This document shows, piece after piece, positions 60,662 to 64,000 of a stretch of DNA of 64,000 bases. Source of the DNA: Veronia pacifica (lineage in GTDB: Bacteria > Pseudomonadota > Gammaproteobacteria > Enterobacterales > Vibrionaceae). The number at the start of each line of letters is the position of its first letter. The first letter of the stretch is position 1. The stretch covers positions 146,354-210,353 of the forward strand of contig NZ_LYBM01000003.1 of NCBI RefSeq assembly GCF_001707825.1. Direction: 5' to 3'. The notes under the pieces were generated by a model that was not told the DNA's origin, ran no database searches, and saw nothing but the letters and a program-made list of their open reading frames with translations. Made by a program: the position numbers and the translations under genes.

Positions 60662-63213
60662 AAAAAGACTGTTCCATTAAGGTTGCTGCACTTGTTGCAG
60701 CAACCCTTTTCGTCACTGCCTGTGGCGGAGAAAACGCATCACCCGAGAAAACGACAACGCCGGACATTCAGCAACCCGTTGATCTCAAACCGAAACGTGA
60801 GGTCAGTGTCGCAAGTACATTTACCTTCCAATATTCACTGTCAAAAAATGCACAAATACGTGTCGTTGAACCCGCGTTACTGGGCAAAGTGAGTATAGAT
60901 AACAGGCTGCTTACCTATACCGCGCCGAAGAATAAAACAGGTTCAGACCGTTTCAAGCTAGAAATCATCGAGCAGGCCAAGGTCAAAACGGTTCGATGGT
61001 TGATTCGGGTCAATGCGATGGAACCGCGTTTTCATCAAATACCTCTCGGACAAGCGGAAGCAGCACAGCACTGGCAATGTGTTTCCGACAACAAAACTCA
61101 CCGTGGTATCACTTGGGTAGTGCCACTGCATCCAAACAACGAAACCTTCGCGTGGCAAGACTGGGAGGCAACATTGCCAAACCTGTCTGCACAATGTTCT
61201 GTTTCAGACGGGCCGTGTAATACTGACGCCCTAATTCAACAGGCTAATTCCCAAAGCTGGTGCGGTAAATCTGACTGGCGCCTGCCTTACGCATACGAAA
61301 TGCGTAATATCACCAGTGAACAGGACTTCGCTCTCGACAGAAACCGACCCGCTATCGATCCCTATTTCTTTGGTAGTGTGGGTTTCGAGCAATATTGGTT
61401 GGCTACCGATGCGTCTGCGAAAAATGCTGAAAACTTCGCGTACAGGCACAGCTTTGGCACAGAACGTAAAAAAATGTCGCTTGCGAATAAGCGTAATCCT
61501 ACCTCTGTCATGCTGGTAAGTGGCGCATTCCGCGATCCCACCAAACCCGATCAGCAGGACAAACCGCAGGATGAGGCAACCAGTTTTATACGGTTAAACA
61601 ACAAAGGGCGTCCGCTAGCCTCAGCCAAACAACAGGACAGTTTCAGCAATTCACCATGGCGCTGTCTGGACGACATGCGTAGCTTGGTCCGCGATACTCT
61701 TTACCTCAGGGATGGGCGTTTTTCCTATCTTTACTGGTTGACGCCGAATGGCAGTGATATCACCAGCACCAGCAATTTATATCAACGCGACCCGCTGGCA
61801 GCAGAGTGCGGACAGCAACAATGCTCGCTGGATGCTGTGATCGCACAGATAAATAGCGGAAAACAATGCGGCCGAAGTAATTGGCGTCTTCCCACTGCTG
61901 ATGAACTTGCCCTGTTGATGTATCAAGAGGTCAATGGCGGTGCTTACAGACTTTTGTATCAGGTATCTCTTAATAATCCTGAATCGGGTGATTACTGGGT
62001 AAAAACAAAAGATAGCCAACAAGTCGGCATTCTCTCGTTACCTCGAACTGAATCACTTGAACCAGTGACAGATATTGATGCCTCTGCCAAAGCACGATTA
62101 CTTCTGATCGCAACAGAATTTGAACCCCTGGCAACAGAGGATCCCCGTTCAATAGGCCAACACGGAAAGCCTGATTTCCGCCGTCTTCGCCGTGACTACG
62201 CGACACATCCAGACAAGTGGCCTGAACCTTTTATCGATGATCCGGACAATTATCAGGAGCTTGGTATACTGCCTGCGGTTCAGTTTCCAGCAGAAAACCC
62301 TTACAGTGCGAACAAAGCAGCACTCGGTAAGCGTTTGTTTTTTGATACCTTCTTGTCGCGGAACAATGATGTTTCCTGTTCTAGCTGTCATGATCCCCAA
62401 AAGGGCTGGACGGATCATCTCGAGGTCTCCATTGGCCACGACAGACAGAGAGGGAAGCGAAACGCACCGACCGTGGTCAATAGCGGTTTCTTGCCAACAC
62501 TATTTTGGGACGGGCGTGCAGATACACTTGAACAACAGTCACTGATGCCGATTCAGGATCCGCTGGAAATGGCAGAAGATTTGTCCAGTCTGGTTGCGCG
62601 ACTCAACGGACACGCAGAGTATCCTGCAATGTTTGAAAAAGCGTTTCAACAAACACCGATCACTGAAGATCAACTGGGTCAAGCACTGGCGACATTCCAA
62701 CGCACCTTGGTGAGTAATGGCAGCCAGTTCGACAAATTTGTCAAAGAAGCACCACTCGGTAAAACTGACGCTCTTTCTGATCAAGCATTGTGGGGACTCG
62801 ACATATACCGACGTAACGGACGATGTGTGAATTGTCATATGGGACCTGAGTTTACCAATCATCAATTCGAGAATGTTGGCTTAACGTACTACAAGGCATT
62901 CTATGAAGATCTCGGCCGTTACAATATTGATGGTGAAAGCACCAGTGTCGGTAAATTTAAGACGCCTTCACTCCGCGACGTAATGAACACCGGACCATGG
63001 TTCCATAACGGCCTCGTACCGACTATGGATGGCGTGGTATCCATGTACTCAGAGGGCATGGCCAGCAACGCGCCTTTCGGCTGGGACAAATATGATCCCA
63101 ACTACCCGGTGCTATCGGAAAAAATACGACCTTTAAATCTGACTGTGCAGGAAAGTGAGGCACTCAAAGCGTTTCTGAAAGCCATCACTGCAAACAGTCC
63201 GGAGGCGAGTTAA
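60658..63213 (+). CDS. lipoprotein fusing two DUF1566 domains to a C-terminal di-heme cytochrome c peroxidase/MauG-family domain
   Basis: Lipobox FVTACG. DWRLP motifs (KSDWRLPYAYEM; RSNWRLPTADEL). Heme motifs CSSCHD and CVNCHMG in a CCP-like C-terminal ~330 aa. ATGA overlap with the upstream gene. Confidence 0.75.
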   Translation: MKKDCSIKVAALVAATLFVTACGGENASPEKTTTPDIQQPVDLKPKREVSVASTFTFQYSLSKNAQIRVVEPALLGKVSIDNRLLTYTAPKNKTGSDRFKLEIIEQAKVKTVRWLIRVNAMEPRFHQIPLGQAEAAQHWQCVSDNKTHRGITWVVPLHPNNETFAWQDWEATLPNLSAQCSVSDGPCNTDALIQQANSQSWCGKSDWRLPYAYEMRNITSEQDFALDRNRPAIDPYFFGSVGFEQYWLATDASAKNAENFAYRHSFGTERKKMSLANKRNPTSVMLVSGAFRDPTKPDQQDKPQDEATSFIRLNNKGRPLASAKQQDSFSNSPWRCLDDMRSLVRDTLYLRDGRFSYLYWLTPNGSDITSTSNLYQRDPLAAECGQQQCSLDAVIAQINSGKQCGRSNWRLPTADELALLMYQEVNGGAYRLLYQVSLNNPESGDYWVKTKDSQQVGILSLPRTESLEPVTDIDASAKARLLLIATEFEPLATEDPRSIGQHGKPDFRRLRRDYATHPDKWPEPFIDDPDNYQELGILPAVQFPAENPYSANKAALGKRLFFDTFLSRNNDVSCSSCHDPQKGWTDHLEVSIGHDRQRGKRNAPTVVNSGFLPTLFWDGRADTLEQQSLMPIQDPLEMAEDLSSLVARLNGHAEYPAMFEKAFQQTPITEDQLGQALATFQRTLVSNGSQFDKFVKEAPLGKTDALSDQALWGLDIYRRNGRCVNCHMGPEFTNHQFENVGLTYYKAFYEDLGRYNIDGESTSVGKFKTPSLRDVMNTGPWFHNGLVPTMDGVVSMYSEGMASNAPFGWDKYDPNYPVLSEKIRPLNLTVQESEALKAFLKAITANSPEAS

Positions 63214-63572
63214 AGCAGGCTACCAAATCATTCGTCTCAGACCTTGCTTATAGAAAGCTGCTAAAAATTCGTTCGCAGTGGTTATATCCAAAGTGATGAA
63301 AACGAATATATTAAAAAAGGCCTTTCTGGCGACAACGGAAAAAAAGAGGGCGATACGGCAGAGTATCGCCCCTTAATTCACCTTTATAAGGTTACTTGTC
63401 GCTCGCCAAAGAACATAGGCGTTCTCGTCAGTTATCCATACAAGTCGTTCGAAAAGAAAAGAGATTGATACCTTAACCTCCAAAATAACCTCGCATATAA
63501 AACACTTGGATTAAAATTAAGAGTTAGATGTTTAACGATAACTCAGTCACTCATGAGATCCAGGTAAAACTA

Positions 63573-64000
63573 TGCCAGACATTATTCTTTCATCTCCCGA
63601 AAGTATCCGCGTCGATGGATTCGACCTGACGGTAAAAGGACAAAACGGTCAGCCGATACATGTAAAAGATGGTTTATTAATGTTAGCCAAAGGCTCCCTT
63701 ACTCTCTTCCACAATGATGAGCCTATTCCACTTTATCGTGTGTTGGATCTGGCTGGACTTAATGCACACCTTCTAACTGAATTTGTGGAGCAGGAAAATC
63801 TATTTGATACCGAGAACGGTAACACCCTGTTTGATTATATTGCCGCTCTCAGGCAACAACGACTCGAATCCTTGGTCAGTCTGCAAGAGATTGAAGCTGA
63901 TATTGATCTGGAGACTAACGCAGTTGTGAGAGCACAGCGGCTCAGAGAGCTGGAAGAGGTCGCTTCAGATATACAAGGTTTGGATACAGAAATTCATACC
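63573..64000 (+). CDS. hypothetical protein, 5' part (runs off the window end)
   Basis: Open frame from ATG 63573 (MPDIILSSPESIRVDGFDLTVKG…) to the window end. RBS aggtaa upstream. Confidence 0.45.

Noticed and set aside
1-64000. Whole-window search for CRISPR arrays, tRNA/rRNA, transposases, integrases and phage genes
   Set aside because: I found no regularly spaced direct repeats, no cloverleaf-compatible tRNA candidates, and no IS or integrase-like ORFs. umuDC is the only commonly mobile cargo, and it lacks flanking mobility genes here.

Overview
This 64 kb window reads as chromosomal DNA from a gamma-proteobacterium. The gene content and about 45% GC look Vibrionaceae-like, but I cannot verify the organism. 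It is densely coding, with about 50 CDS and no rRNA, tRNA, CRISPR array, transposase or integrase that I can see.

In order along the window:
- 1-4.8 kb (+): the end of a heterotetrameric sarcosine oxidase operon (soxD C-terminus, soxA, soxG) followed by an Ldh_2-family dehydrogenase.
- 5.0-16.6 kb (-): an 11.5 kb run of co-directional genes. It holds a YtfQRT-YjfF-type galactofuranose ABC transporter, a XylR-like AraC regulator, a lipoprotein with ricin-B (CBM13) repeats fused to a GH43 hydrolase domain, and galE-galT-galK. I read this as a likely galactofuranoside/galactan utilisation locus. galT carries a frameshift.
- 17.2-19.2 kb (-): a stand-alone PAS protein translationally coupled to a flavodoxin-FNR diflavin reductase.
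- 19.2-20.0 kb: a very AT-rich 0.8 kb divergent promoter region.
- 20.0-20.7 kb (+): a tandem-ABM-domain protein followed by a clean rho-independent terminator.
- 20.9-25.5 kb (-): an iron/siderophore-type module. It has an AraC (YbtA/PchR-like) regulator whose start is overlapped by a Fur-box-like sequence, and two fused permease-ATPase ABC half-transporters (YbtPQ/IrtAB-like).
- 25.7-27.4 kb (-): umuD-umuC behind a canonical LexA box.
- 27.7-28.8 kb (+): pyrC carrying a -1 frameshift.
- 28.9-32.7 kb: a GNAT acetyltransferase, then an operon of a DoxX-like membrane protein, an SDR and a DUF2470-SIP ferric-siderophore reductase.
- 33.4-42.3 kb (-): the most unusual unit. It is a four-gene operon encoding YqiJ/NfeD-like, flotillin (YqiK-like SPFH), a 1622-aa protein with an embedded MoxR-type AAA+ module, and TelA.
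- 48.9-51.0 kb (-): a second TelA paralog in an XpaC-TelA pair.
- 42.7-63.2 kb, remaining genes:
  - YdiJ-like FAD/Fe-S oxidoreductase
  - SixA-like phosphatase
  - DMT transporter
  - a cluster of small detox-type genes: three GNATs, a VOC, a low-GC nucleotidyltransferase, an S51 peptidase and a YdbS/YdbT PH-domain pair
  - a divergent alpha-carbonic-anhydrase-like secreted protein
  - two overlapping DUF1566 lipoprotein genes, the second fused to a di-heme cytochrome c peroxidase
- 63.6 kb (+): the 5' end of a further gene reaches the window end.

Two housekeeping genes, galT and pyrC, each carry a single frameshift. That pattern fits either consensus sequencing errors or real pseudogenisation.
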